Below, one piece after another: positions 13,363-28,989 of a stretch of 64,000 nucleotides of DNA. This DNA is from Octopus sinensis (lineage: Eukaryota). Made by a program: the position numbers and the translations under genes. The notes beneath the pieces are model-generated. The model searched no databases, had not been told where the DNA came from, and saw only the letters and a program-made list of their open reading frames with translations. The first letter of the stretch is position 1. The number at the start of each line of letters is the position of its first letter. The DNA is taken from contig NC_042997.1 in NCBI RefSeq assembly GCF_006345805.1, forward strand, positions 146,258,001-146,322,000. The letters run 5' to 3'.

Positions 13363-14009
13363 GAATATTTATCTTACTGTGTCCCAGTACTTTGAAAAAT
13401 AGAGTGACTTCGCTCACAATTTGAAATTGGTGCCAAAAGAGATAAAACTAAATTCGATAATGAACTGAGTTTGGTTATTCTTAACCTCTAATCCTACGCC
13501 TCCCTTCTATTAATTAACATCATATCTGATTCCTTCGCTAAAAAATCTAATGGTTTGAGGTCCAGATTGTGCTGTTATCGATAAGTCACTATTATCAATA
13601 AAATTACATTTGGCATTTAACTAGTTTACACTATTAAGTTATTTAATATTGCCTGTAGCCATTTTCATACCCCTGTTAGCACTCAACCGTACCTCTCATT
13701 GAAAGCCAATCCACACTCATCAGACTAAATTATCTACGACATACAGCAAAACGATTAATTACATTCCTCACCTGACAGCGATTTTCCTTCCTTTGTTTAT
13801 TAAACCGTGATATTACATATTCTACACACAGCGTACATTCACATACAAACGTGTTCACGTACACCACTGTGAGATTCATTTATTTATTTATTGTTTGTTT
13901 GTTTGTTTACTTCTTTTTATTGTTCTTGTTTTTCAAAGTGTATTGAATTTAATTTACAATTTATACAATCGAAGAAATAGTTACAACTCGATATGTGGAT
14001 ACAACCACC

Positions 14010-14185
14010 TGTTTTGAAGTTGATAGACATGCGTTAAATTTTTTGTAAATGTCACACAGATGTCTGAAGTAAATAATGTGAATATTGTGTGTCCAGCTCC
14101 TTACATAACCGCTTGAAGAAATTTAACATTATTGATGCCTCTAATGCCTTTGGCAAAGCCATTAAGACGCACGCCTTAGCACTTA
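14010..14185 (-). mobile_element. hAT (Charlie/GTF2IRD2-like) transposase relic
   Basis: Minus frame ...MLNFFKRLCKELDTQYSHYLLQTSV* resembles the hAT motif LFKxLCEEMDxxxxxLLLHTEVRW. Confidence 0.5.
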
Positions 14186-14574
14186 CTCAACCCTTAAAGA
14201 TATAAAGAGTTTCACTAGGGAAAAGAAACTGTAAAACAACCACACAGTAGGGTGTGATTTGAAGAAGATTTGGCTATTATTTCTTGCATGTCAAGCGACC
14301 ATGTACAAACTCCATCCTGGCTTGCTTGAAGTGTCATAAGTGTAATCAGTCCAACAGTGATAGATGGTTCGTAGATTAAATTCTAAAGAGATAAGGGATT
14401 TTAGATTTTAGCGAGTAAATCTAAAAAGATAAGGGATTTTAGATTTCTTCCAACCACTTGAAGATTTTCAAATTTTCATCAGACTATTTTTTTTAAACGT
14501 GCTTTGGATCTAGTTTTGCAAGCGGATGACAAGAATCTTATTGTTTTTTGTTGGTTTTTTTTTGGGGGGGGAGG

Positions 14575-14915
14575 TAGCTCTGTGGTAGGAAACTAGCTTC
14601 ACAATCGTATGGCTCCGGGTTCAGTCCCACTGCGTAGCACCTTGGGCAAGTGTCTTCTACTATAGCCTCAGGCTATATGTGCGTGAGGGTGTGTGTGTGT
14701 GTGTGTGTGTGTGTGGTGCGTTTGTCCTCCTGCCAACGCTTAACAACCGTTGCTAGTGTTTATGTTCCTGTAACTTAGCAGTTCGGCAAAAGAGACCGAT
14801 AGAATAAGTACTACGCTTACGAAGAATAAGTCCTAAGATCGATTTCTTCGACTATACCCTTTAATGGCGCGGCTCCGGCATGGCCGCAGTCAAATGACGG
14901 AAACAAGTAAGAGAG
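14575..14915 (+). mobile_element. SINE family A
   Basis: Family match. Confidence 0.8.
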
Positions 14916-15514
14916 TAAACATTTGAAATTATAAAATTTTAACCAATCAGTCAGCTCTATCACTGGACAGACTGGAAGTTGTGACTGCCCCCTTGGGAAC
15001 AGCAAACACAAAACTCTTACGTGGCTTCTCGACCTATCAGAAATATAAACCAAATCTTTCTTAGACTATTCTATGGCGTCTAAAAAGCAAAAGAGACGAA
15101 ACTTATGCCACAGCATCGTTTATTTCTTCGCTTGAGGCAGGTTCAATGAGTGTTATTGACAACATTTAAATTAATCTTCACGTATGTAAACTTTTATCGA
15201 ACTGGTGACTCTTAAAACACTTGCCGAACCCCACAAATGTTATTAATAACACTTGCTGGTCCCTCCTGAAACATGGAAATAAACGGTGCTGTGACACAAG
15301 TTTCGTCTTATTTGCATTCTAGACATTGTGATACAGAAAGATTTGGCTGGTATTCCTAGCCATCCGAGAGACTACGCAAATGCTTCGTTTAAGCAGTTCC
15401 AACCTCTCTAGCGTTGGAGCCGACCAACTGGTTAAAATTACATAATTTTACGTGCTTGTATCTTCTTTATTATTAATTTCTAGAAAAAATGAATGCGATT
15501 TTCGTCATCAGCAA

Positions 15515-15800
15515 GCAAAACTACATCTTTTGCCGAACCGCTAGGTTACGGAGACATAAACACACCAACATCGGTTGTCAAGCGATGTTGGGGGGACAAA
15601 CACAGACACACATACAACTATATATATACATATATACGACGGGCTTCTTTCACTTTCCGTCTATCAAATACACTCACAAGGCTTTGGTTGGCCCGAAGCT
15701 ATAGTAGAAGACACTTGCTCAAGGTGCCACGCAGTGGGACTGAAACCGGAACCATGTGGTTGGTAAGCAAGCTACTTACCCCACAGCTACTCCTACGCCT
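15515..15800 (-). mobile_element. SINE family A
   Basis: Family match. Confidence 0.8.
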
Positions 15801-15939
15801 TCTATATTTTGAAAAAATTGGTGAAAATTTGAAAAACTTCATATGGTTGGAGGAATTTAACAAGATCATGGATATTAACATTACAGTTCTAAGTATCCAC
15901 TGCAAATTGAGTCTAACAGAAAGAACTGTTGCTCTGAAG

Positions 15940-16234
15940 CCGCTTATTCTCAACTGGGGTCGATATGAGTCCACGCAACAAAATAGCAAATTGGGGACCG
16001 CAGTAGTATATTAAGGGTCCGTGAAAAAACTTTGCTTTAGATGTATTTATTACAACTAGATTTCTTTCTCTAACGTTTTACATAGTTCAACCTACGAAAG
16101 TCAATGTGTGAAAAACAAAATAGGAATTTTGAACGTATCTATAAAACTAGTTTTTAAATATCGAATGGTCACGGGGTGGGCTCCCCCCACCCCGAATAAA
16201 AGGGGTCCATTTGTAAAATGGTTGAAAATCACTG
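15940..16234. mobile_element. Probable hAT-type MITE
   Basis: Right end GGTTGAAAATCACTG and decayed left end TTCTCAACTGGGG match CAGTGGTTCTCAAC-type TIRs; a similar end occurs at 26437. Confidence 0.4.
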
Positions 16235-16449
16235 CAGTTTGGTCAATCTTACAGCTTTCATCAATTTGAATTCAGATAAAATTTTGAAGAACTGAGGCAG
16301 TTTTGAAAAATCTATAACATTAGATTTTTTTATTGTGAGCAGCAACTGAGATGATCGACCTGAAAATGAAAGGATTTTGTGAGAATTTGCTTTGAGGATA
16401 TTGAAGTTATGTTGTATTTTCACATGTATTGATTCCGGGATCCGGGACC

Positions 16450-16781
16450 CCCTTCGGTCACGACACTGACCATGGGATTGCACCAAGAAAGTCACCCTCC
16501 TAGTCACAAGTCTGGGCATGGTTGTTTATGGAAGACCAGCAGTCGCCCATGCATACCAGCCTCCCCTCTCCACGCCACCAGTGTTATCCAAGGGAAAGAC
16601 AAAGGTCGATACAGCTTGGCACCTGTGACGTTGCAACTCATTTCTACAGATGAGTGAACTGGAGCAACGTGAAATAAAGTGCTTTGCTCAAGAACACAAC
16701 ACGCAGCCCGGTCCGGGATTCGAGCTCACAACCTCACGATCGTAAGCTCGACGCTCTAATCACTGAGCCATGCGCCTTCAC
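16450..16781 (-). mobile_element. tRNA-derived SINE family D
   Basis: Head GTGAAGGCGCATGGCTCAGTG...TCGAATCCC; homologs at 44256-44553 and about 50452-50620. Confidence 0.8.
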
Positions 16782-17224
16782 ATGTATTGATTATCGATTG
16801 ATAAATATATGAAAATGGTCGAATTTAATATAAAAGACTGATAACATTTACAACGCTGTGGTAACCTCCACCGGTTGACCAAAATATAATAGCAGGATTG
16901 TGACTATAGTTTTCCAGGCACTGTTTTATGGCACTCTCAGTAATCTGCTAACCAAGACACAAGGAAATCGACACATAAGGATATGAAAGTGGGTATCTTT
17001 TCAGAACCATGGGGATTACTGCTGGTGAACTTTGGACGCTGATAATATAAAAAAAATAAAATACAGAACATGTTACGCGTCCGTCATGGTGCCCTACGCA
17101 AATGCAATATTTAAGCGATAAATAATGATGATGACAATGACTTTCTGTTATAGTCGAAATTATTAATTTGTCCCCTCCCTCCAAAATTTCAGACCTTCTG
17201 CCTATAGTAGAAGTAACAGAAAGG

Positions 17225-18128
17225 ATTATATATTTCTTTACTACCTACAAGGGGCTAAACACAGAGGGGACAAACAAGGACAGACAAACGGATTTAGTCG
17301 ATTATATCAACCCCAGTGCGTAACTGGTACTTAATTTATCGACCCCGAAAGGATGAAATGCAAAGTCGACCTCGGGGGAATTTGAACTCAGAACGTAGCG
17401 GCAGATGAAATACCACTAAGTATTTCGCCCGGCGTGCTAACGTTTCTGCCAGCTCGCCGCCTTAAAGAATACAAAGGATTATAATCTAAATGTTTGGTCG
17501 GAAGTATTATATGTATATTTGTTTCAAATTTTGGCACAAGGCCAACGATTGTACGTAGAGGGGCTAAATCGATTTCATCGCCCCCAGTACTTGACTGGTA
17601 CTTTATTTTACTGACTCCTGAAAGGAGGAAAGCCAAAATTGTTTGCGGAGGGATTTAGAACATAAAGAACCAGAAGAAGTACTACTGCTAAGCATTTTGT
17701 CCGACGCGCTAACGATCCAGAATGTTCGCCGCCTTTCATTGTTATGCGTATTTTTCTTTCTTTCTAGAAAGTACAAGGACTGAAATTTAAGGGGAAAGGG
17801 GCTAGCTGATTGCATTGACCCCAGTACCCAACTGTTAATTATTTTATCGACCTCGAAAGGACGAAAAGTAAAGTCGACCTCGGTGGAATACGAATTCATT
17901 GTTATATGCATATCGGTTCCAAATTTTGGAACAAAGCCAGCAATTTCAGAGAGGGAGCAAGTCGATTACATCGACTCCAGTGTTCAACTGGTACTTATTT
18001 TATCGACCCCGAAAGGATGAAAGGCAAAGTCGACTTCGGCAGCATTTGAACACAGAAGGTAAAGGCAGGCGAAATGCCGCTAAGCATTTTTCCCGGTGTG
18101 TTAACGACTCTGCCAGCTCGCCGCCTTT
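17225..18128 (-). mobile_element. Cluster of SINE family B copies (AAGGCGGCGAGCTGGCAGA head; CCTTTCGGGGTCGATAAA core)
   Basis: Three to four tandem minus-strand copies. Confidence 0.8.
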
Positions 18129-19339
18129 TTCGCTACATGTATATTAACACCTATTTTGTTACTTACTTCTTTATAGTATAGTTGACTAAATTTTTGCCCA
18201 GAAAGCAATTTGGTCCAACAATATAGATTCTCTTTTTCATCACTTAAGAGCAAATTCGTTTTAACACAACCAAATTTGTACGGAAGAATATTTCATCCAA
18301 CGAGAGCATTAAAAAATCCAATGACATCCCGTGTTTCCCTACAACGCCAGATTTGTTCCTGTTAGATAAACTGACAACACAAATATGACTGTCGACAGCT
18401 AGATCTATAATTACAAGCCCTGCCAGGTTTCTAATAACTAGTCTCTGTCAGTCAAGTTATATCAATGAACAAGGTTTAACAAGTAAACTCCGATCTGGCA
18501 ACAGTGTGAATTCATTTAAGAACGGTCCGTTTTTGCGGTAGCTGCTATATACTATGTATTTAATTGAAGAGTGAGTGATAGAAAATGATAAAGAGTAATG
18601 ACATTTCTATTCAATGTCCAGCAAAGCTAAATGTATATAAGGACCGATAGTGAGTTAACTGATGTTTAGCTAATCGCCAACGAAATAGCAAGCGCATCAT
18701 GTCAGTGTCTCTAGTGGGGGAGGAAATGGGCGCATGGCGTTTAATAAAGAATATCCCCAGGATAATTCTTGTCTAGTAAATAAATATGGTCACTCAGTGA
18801 GCGGTGCTGAAAACGCTTTAAATAGGAGGATATATTGAGAAAGTAAAGGACATCTGAGAGAAAAGACGTGAAATTGATACAGTTACTCCTGGCTCAGCCC
18901 TCATACGGAGACATAAGGGAAAGACAATGCCAGGGAATCACACAGATGAAATAGAAAAAAAAAAAAAAGAACTTTTCTTACAGTTTTTTTTATTTAATCA
19001 TTCATTTTTGTTTTCATTTTTAATCTTTATTTTACGTATTGTTTTCTTCTTACTTAATTCTTTAATAATTAAAGAGCCAGTAGGGGGTTTTGCCAGTTGG
19101 ATTGGTCAGGATACATCAGATAATTGTCTCGGATCGTCCGGGTCTTTTCTAACACGACAAACAGACAGACGGTCGATAAAGCAATAGTTTCTAACACTTA
19201 GTTGATTGACGTTGCGGTAAGTCTAAACCTATCAACTCCTGACAAGTTTTTTTTTGTGTCGTTATTTTTTTCTTCTTCCCTGTTTTATTTATTTATTTTT
19301 TTCGTTGTGGCGATGATATTGAATCAAAGAACAGCTACG

Positions 19340-20762
19340 GACAGCGACGACAACAACAACAACAACAACAACATGGTTCTTTTAGAATAGCAGCAACAAC
19401 AACAACAGCAACAGTAACAACAACAATATGGATTTACAATAACAACACTCTTAACAACAGTACACCTTCAACATCAACAAATCAAATCAACTTCTTTCTA
19501 TTCCCTGGCGTGCCATGTCATAAACAGCAAACATAAACATCGACATCAAGAACGATGTTATCGAGATCATTAGCAGCAACAGCAACAACGAAAACCACCA
19601 CCACCACCACCACCACAACAACAACAACAACAACAATAACAACAACAGTTATTTTGCATTTTTTTAAATGACAAAGACAATGCAAGAAAAAAAAAGAGGT
19701 TATGTTTACGATTTCTAAAAATCCTTAATTTATTTGATAATTATATTTTTGTATATTTCTGGTCACAATAATATAATAATGTCGTTGAGGTTGTTGCTAG
19801 TGGTAAAAGTGGTGGTGGTGGTGGTGGTGGTGTTGGTGGTGGTGGTGGTGGTGGTGGTGGTGGTAGTGGTGGCAGTGATTGTTGTTGGTGGTGTTGGTGG
19901 TGATAAATGTTGTTGTGATGGTGTAGCGATTCTGGTCGGTATAGTGATTGCAGGAGTGGTTTGAGTGGTTATGGTGAGGATAATGGCTGCTGTAGTGGCG
20001 ATGCTAGTTGTGGTTGCGCATATGGTGGTGGTAGTGGTGGCGATGGTGGTGATGGTGGTGAAAGATTTTGTTGTATTATTGGTTTATGTCGTAGTGGTGT
20101 TGACGGTTGAGGTGATAGTAGTAATGTTGATAGTAGCAGTGGCAGTAGTGTTGGTGGTAGTGGTAGTAGTAGTTAGAGGCTCATCTCTTTTTTAGCTTTC
20201 GCCCTCCCTCCTCTTAGCCCATTTCTTCTTCTTCTTCTTCTTCTTCTTCTTCTTCTTCTTCTTCTTCTCTTCTTCTTCTTCTTCTTCTTCTTCTTCTTCT
20301 TCTTCTTCTTCTTCTTCTTCTTCTTCTTCTTCTTCTTCTTCTTCTTTTCTACCTTCTTTTCCCCGTTTTCATCTTTTTCTTTTCTTTCTACTCCTCTAAC
20401 TTTTTCTTCTCCTTCTCATCCTCCTCCTTTCCATCTTTTCTCTTTTCTTCTTCTTCTTCCTCCTACTTCTTCCTCGTCTCCTCTCTTCCCCTGCCCCTCC
20501 TACTCCTCATCCACCTTCTCCATCTTCTTTTCCTATTTTCTTTTCTCCTTCTCCTCCTCCTTCTCCACCACTGCTATTACGAACATTATTAATACTATCA
20601 CCTATGCCATCATCAACACCACCAACTCAACTAGTTCTAATGCTACTTCTACTACAATATACAACTACATAAACCACCACCATCACTACCACTGCTACTA
20701 CTACTACTACTACTACAACGTGCACATACATACATGCTCTCTCTCTCTCTCTCTCTCTCTCT
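19340..20762. repeat. Compound low-complexity block: (CAA)n, (GGT)n, (CTT)n, (ACT)n, (CT)n
   Basis: Direct reading. Confidence 0.9.
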
Positions 20763-21105
20763 TTTTCTTTTACTGCAATAAAATTACTTCCTTGGGTTTG
20801 ATGGTATATGCGGCATCTCCATGGGAACTGTCAACCTAGCTGTTCGTTTAGCTTATCACCGTGACTGTAATAGTGCAATCGTTAATGGTAAAAAGAGAGA
20901 AACGTGTGTGGCGGGATGGAGAGCTAAGACTGGTCGTGAATGTTGCTGTTACTGTTTTTGATGTGGTGGTGGTGGTGGTGGATAATGGAGACGGTGGTGA
21001 TAGTGTTGATTGCAGCAGGAGAGAAAGGGCTACAAACGGAATGGTGTCTGGCTGAGAGACGCACGTGGCTTAATCTTTAGGCTGTGGTGATGACGTGAAG
21101 ACGGC

Positions 21106-21219
<114 letters not shown>

Positions 21220-21398
21220 GAGATAGATATATATAGAGATAGGGTGGAAAGTGTTTGTGTGTGTGTGTGTGTGTGTAGGAGAGAGCGCAGAGGAGAAGAG
21301 GCAGGATGTTGAGAAGTCGTGAGCAGAGAAAACAAAAACAAAAGAAAAAATTGAAGACGGCGAAGGCGTTGACAGAAGTGACTGCTGTACGTATGAGC

Positions 21399-21442
<44 letters not shown>

Positions 21443-21689
21443 GTGTGTGTGTGTGTGTGTGTGTGAACAGCAGGCGTGTGGCCGTGTCTCCTACCTATGT
21501 TTACACTCTGAAAACTGAAGTTCTTTATGTTTCTGACCCATTATATACCGCAACCTAGCTCTTCCGACAAGTAGAGATCGATAAATAAGTATCATACAGA
21601 AATAAGTATTTTACGATAGTGCCCTTCATGTAATTGCAGTCATATGACTGTGAGACCATCAATGTCATATGTGAGTCCGCATGTATATG

Positions 21690-21920
21690 TTTCTTTATTG
21701 CCCACAAGGGGCTAAACACAGAGGGGACAAACAAGGACAGACAAAGGGATTAAGTCGATTATATCGACCCCAGTGCGTAACTGATACTTATTTAATCGAC
21801 CCCGAAAGGATGAAAGGCAAAGTCGACCTCGGCGGAATTTGAACTCAGAACATAACGGCAGACGAAATACGGCTATGCATTTCGACCGGCGTGCTAACGA
21901 TTCTGCCAGCTCGCCGTGAG
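21690..21920 (-). mobile_element. SINE family B
   Basis: Family match. Other B copies lie at about 9915-10130, 11040-11455, 12480-12645, 32950-33240, 37930-38120, 43720-43990, 47265-47440, 53230-53400, 56900-57010 and 60745-60935. Confidence 0.85.
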
Positions 21921-22268
21921 TCCGCATGTATAGCACACACACGCACTCGGAAGGGTACCAACGCGGACTTACTTTAAAGGATGAAGCGAAGAAGAACAGC
22001 CGCAAATTCATAAATTGTACCCGAGAAAAACGACACTGTAGTTAAGTAAGATTTGGATAAAAACTTTGTAGTATGCCATGCAAAGCTCGTCTGTAGTTAT
22101 CGGCTAACTGATGTCATCATACAGTGAGATTGCTCTTGTTACTGTTCGTCATCATATAGTGAGAATGCTCTTGATACTGTATGTAAATCAGGAATTCCAT
22201 AGTATCTATAGAGTTCATATATATATATGTATATATATATATTATATATCTATATCTATCTATCTATA

Positions 22269-22630
<362 letters not shown>

Positions 22631-22637
22631 CACGCGG

Positions 22638-22716
<79 letters not shown>

Positions 22717-24369
22717 GCGATCCAGAGATTCTCGTTACAGAAAACAGTAGTGCTCAAATGATTCGAATCTCCCTTAGACGAAATATTGCAGCTACAAGCG
22801 TTTAACAACATACGTACATCAATTATGTAATACATATAATGTTTACATTACTGAGTTGCTTGTAACACAAAATTTGAATTTTATTCAGATTGTGCGGTGC
22901 TCTTGCACATCAGCAGATAGATTTTTATGCTATTTATACATAATTCTGTCTAGAAATTCGAATTCAGTTCGGTTGTGAGGCGAGAATGTGTAAGTGAGGG
23001 GGCATAAAATACTGCAAAATATCGATATATATCATTCTCGTTTACTTCCAGGACGGTTACATTACGCCTATCTATGAAGCATATTGTGTTTTTGACATTA
23101 TAGGGACTTTCTTTCGAAGAAATACCGCAGCAGCAATAAGCGTGTAACAACCATATACATTAAATATTTGATATTGGTAACGCTTATATATTTCCTTATT
23201 ATAAAGGAGCAAAGGCCAAATCAACATATGTATATGTATGTGCGTGATCCTGGGTGTATATGCATGTACATGTGTGTATGTGTGTGTGTTTGCGTGCATG
23301 TGCTTGTGTGTGTGCGTGTGCATGCGTGTGTGTGCGTTCGCGCGCGCGTATGCGTGTGTTTGTGAGTGTAACGAAAAAAGTTTTTAATAGAAATACAGAA
23401 AACGTTAATTATGGTAGCTTACCTAATATAGATCCACAAATTTTAAACTTAAGCAAAGTTGTACTCATTAATACTTCCCATGATGGCTGTATATCAACAA
23501 ATCAGAGCAAGAGTCATTAGATATTTTTAATCTAAACATAGGCCAGATCTAACAAAATAACAAAACAACCAAACAATATTCAGAAGAACATTGACGGACG
23601 GTATGGACTTTAACGATCTCAGGGGACTTTCCGAGAAAGCCATGGACACTGGATGGTCCTCCAGATCCAGGAAAAGCAAAAATGAATAAATATAAGAAAT
23701 ATAAAGCCTCAAATATTATGTAATATACGATGAAATTAAAGTGACGATGATGACTCAGAACGTCTTTGATGTTAAGTCTATTGTGTCATAGCTGCCTTGG
23801 CAATAAAGAATAACAACGGCTTATACATTTAGATCAGTTACAAGGGGAAGCAGGATGAAATTTACATAAAATTGTACAAAAAAGAAAGAAAGAGCAAGTC
23901 GTAGTCATAGCAGTGTTGTGAAGGTGTTCGCTTCGGAAGCAGATGGTTTCAGTTTCAATTACACTTCCTGGCACCTGTGGCGAGTGTCTTTCACTATAAC
24001 CCCGGAAGAAACAATGACTTGAGTCTGTATTTAGTTGATGGAAACTTTGCATAAATTCGGTATCAGTGTGTGTGGTGTGTGTGTGTGTGTGGGGGGATGA
24101 TGTTTGTGTCTATCTCGCACCGCTTGACAACCGATATTGGTTTGTTTACCTCCCCGTAAGTTAGCAGTTCGGCAAAAAGAGAATAGAATATGCACCACAC
24201 TTGAACAATATATATATATGTAAATTAATAATAGAAGGCTAAAATTTATTAATTAGATTAATTAATTAATAAATAAATTAATTAATCAATTGATTAACAA
24301 TTGTACCAAGTAGATTGGTACGTTAAAATTACCTTTATAGGTAAAATTACCCATATAATTATAATTAGA

Positions 24370-24493
24370 GTTCAGCTAACTGCTTCTCCACATACTGAAA
24401 TTAGAAATAGGAGTTAAAAATCCCTTTCCTGCTACTAAAAGATTTTTAACTCCTATTTCTAATTTCGGCTTGTGGTGGAGCAGTTAGCTGAAC
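24370..24493. repeat. Palindromic element homologous to 50060-50217
   Basis: GTTCAGCTAACTGCT...GAAATTAGAAATAGGAGTTAAAAATC / GATTTTTAACTCCTATTTCTAATTTC...AGCAGTTAGCTGAAC. Confidence 0.8.
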
Positions 24494-24509
24494 CCTACTT
24501 ATAATTATG

Positions 24510-25703
<1,194 letters not shown>

Positions 25704-26225
25704 GTGAGTGAGAGAACAGCACACATCGTCAAGGCGACACTGGGGTTCAAATATCCGAAGCCCTGTATACCGATTATAACTACCCATCTGATAAGGGTAC
25801 ACTAGGCACATGCATCACAACCATGTGAGAGCGATATGGTGATCTTATAACAAGATAAACAGCACACGATCTTGCAGTTGGGGCCCATTTAGAATTTTCT
25901 TCAGGTCGAGTAGCCCATCCTAATCAAAAGGTCCTTGAATAAGAGTTGTTTACGGATGATGACCGAAGCACCCATGTTTTCAGAGGCGAATAATTAAACC
26001 CCCATAGAATCCCTCTGGATACATGACTATGATACTCCCCCGCTACTCCTGCTGATGCCAAAAGATGCACATATCGTCAGCCACCAAGGAACATGCTCAA
26101 CTGGTTAGGGTCAAGCAACTGACACACAAATGAGCGGTAGGGGCAAGAATATTTGCTGTATCCCATCTCTAACAGCAAGATAAAACATGTACATATTAAC
26201 AATTCCAATCAGTTCCTAATGCTCA
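25704..26225. mobile_element. Family E copy (older)
   Basis: Diverged homolog beginning right after a long (TAT)n. Confidence 0.75.
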
Positions 26226-26684
26226 ATACTGTAGCTCCATATAGCAGAGTGGGGGACAAATATTTAATCTTATAAAATACTTGGTCAATCAAGCCATAAT
26301 TTGAAGACTCAAAGTAGTAATTTGCAACGTACGAGGACAACAAGTTTCTGTTATTCTCCCACCATTTCTATGTCAGTAATGGTAATATATACGTTGTATT
26401 ACTCAAATATAGAAAATCTGGCCAGGATGATCGCGAGGGAAGAACCACTGCCTGCATTTTACTATTGTGTACACCAGGGGTTCTCAACCATTTTTTTATC
26501 TATTGACTCCTTTGGTTAATACTTTATTCTGATGGATCTCCCAGAGTCATTCGATGCTTACCAGGTGGAAACTTCTTTCAAAATTCCTATTTTGTTATTC
26601 ACACATTAACTTTTAAAGGTTGAACTCTAAAATATTAAGTTTTTCTTTTGCTCCACCCCACAAAAACTACCACTGCAAGTTTGT

Positions 26685-26770
<86 letters not shown>

Positions 26771-27054
26771 GCATTGTCAGATCACTCTCAGTGCTACTGG
26801 TAACATGTAGCACCCAGTACGACCTATTGCATGGTCGGTCCGTCAGCGATTAAACCGGCAATCCTACAAAGCCTCTTTGGTAAGGTAGGTGCTTTTTGTT
26901 GGACATCCTGGAGGACGAGAAACAAAACCTGTCCAAGGACGAATAAACTCCACAAAGTTATCGACCATCCGACTGCGGGCAGTGAAGGACTTCTGACCAC
27001 TGGGAATGAGGGACTTTTGTCAATAGGGAACTACTAAACCCCATTTGAATCTGC

Positions 27055-27790
27055 TGTTAAGCAGGGCGGAGTTCCTACATTGTTCGCCATCTTCTTTGCT
27101 AGCGTTATCATGCAAACCTTTACGCATAGCAATGCTGGTATCTACACCCTTTACAGTACAACAGGAAAACTTTTCAACATCCCTCGTTTACTGGAGTATC
27201 AATAACTTTTATAACTGTCATTCGTGATCTCCTTTAAGCTGATGATTGCGATCTTGTAACCTACCTTGCGAAAGATCTGTAGCTTTTGATGGACTGCTTT
27301 TCAGCCGAGTGTGATGAATTTGGATATGCAATCGGTCTTAAGAACACTGTAGTCATGTTACAACAAGCATCAGACAAACCATGTATCCCCACTCTACATT
27401 ATCTAGAGTAAAATGTTAAAAGTTATAGATACCTTTGTCTATCTTGGTAGTACTCAATCTGGGTTTAATACACTTAACGAGGAGGTCAGTTATAGACTTT
27501 CACAGGTCAGTGGTACATTTGTACATTTATAAAGCATGAATCGAGAATCTAACCGCAATCAGATATCAAGGTGGTAACAAAATTTGAGGTTTGCCAAGCA
27601 TGTGTCTTAACAATGTTGTTGTATGGATGCGAGACTTGGACAACCTACCGTAGGCATATCCAACGTTTCAAGCGATTCCACTAGCGATGCTTGCGTAATA
27701 TCCCGAAGATATGATGGTGATCTCATGTACCTTACATAAGGGTTTTGCAGCAGGCAAAAATGACAAGTATTGAATACACGTTTAATAAAT
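27055..27790 (+). mobile_element. RTE/BovB-like LINE reverse transcriptase fragment
   Basis: Decayed QG..PTLF, RDLL*ADD, FVYLGS, LLYGCETWTTYRRH motifs. Confidence 0.85.
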
Positions 27791-28304
27791 ACCAACTTAG
27801 AAAGTCTAGCCATAAAGATTGTCTGTTTAGAGGATATCTGCATACCAAAACAGGTGAACATTCACTTATTTCAAATACAGTTGTAGACCTACAATTGCTC
27901 CTAGATAGGGAATATATAATTTTCTACATTATTTACATCTGGCGGATATTTGTCCTCATCTTGTTTGTTGTTAACGCAATGTTTCGGTTGATATATCCTC
28001 CAGCCTTCATAGGATGTCTTGGAGAAATTTTGAACCTGGGTTCTTATTCCTAACGTATTTTTCGATGTTGTTGTTGTTATTATTATTATTATCATTATTA
28101 TTATTACTATCATTATTATTATTATTATTATGGTCACTGCCTGGAATTGAACTCGGAATCTTGGGGTTAGTAGCCCGCGCTCTTAGAAGAAAGTTACTCA
28201 TATAGTGAACGTAGCATGCTGGCACAGAAAGAATACAAGAAAAGAGATGACAACCTAGGGAGAGTGATCCACTGAGAGTTATGTAGAGAGCTAGAACATG
28301 AACC

Positions 28305-28376
<72 letters not shown>

Positions 28377-28422
28377 CAGACAGATTGATAGACAGGCAGA
28401 TATATATGTATATATATATGTA

Positions 28423-28453
<31 letters not shown>

Positions 28454-28465
28454 TCTTTTTTTTTT

Positions 28466-28573
28466 TGACCGACCAGGCTATCAGATGTTGCTACACATCG
28501 CTGGTCACAATGCGCTTCGCATTGTTTTAGCCTTCAAATGACGCCACCCCGCTGGCTAAGCGACCAGGCCAAC
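28466..28573. mobile_element. Short interspersed repeat (family G)
   Basis: Inverted homolog at about 54545-54655. Confidence 0.7.
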
Positions 28574-28756
28574 AGAAGAAAGAGTGGGAGAAAGTTGTAG
28601 CGTAAGAGTACAGAAGGGATACGCCCCCTGTCGGATCCTCATGGAGCTTTAGGTGTTTTCGCTCAATAAACACTCACAACGCCCGGTCTGGGAATCGAAA
28701 TCGCGATCCTACGACCGCGAGTCCGCTGCCCTAACCACTGAGCCGTTGCGCCTCTA

Positions 28757-28829
<73 letters not shown>

Positions 28830-28989
28830 AATAATTTAATAAATAAAATATATGCATACGTACATACATATATGTACGTACATACATCTACATGTATATA
28901 TACATGCAATAATATATATATATATCTATATATATAATTATATATATATATTATATGTGTGTGGTGTGTGTGTGTGTGGTGTGTGTGTG

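Noticed and set aside
18380-18695. Possible GIY-YIG remnant followed by CTGATGT...GAAA
   Set aside because: Too decayed: A9 is missing, stem I does not form, and the protein similarity is not convincing by eye.
20815-20828. RFX X-box-like motif ATCTCCATGGGAAC, and a DR1-like site near 39160
   Set aside because: Imperfect short motifs expected by chance; no supporting promoter evidence.
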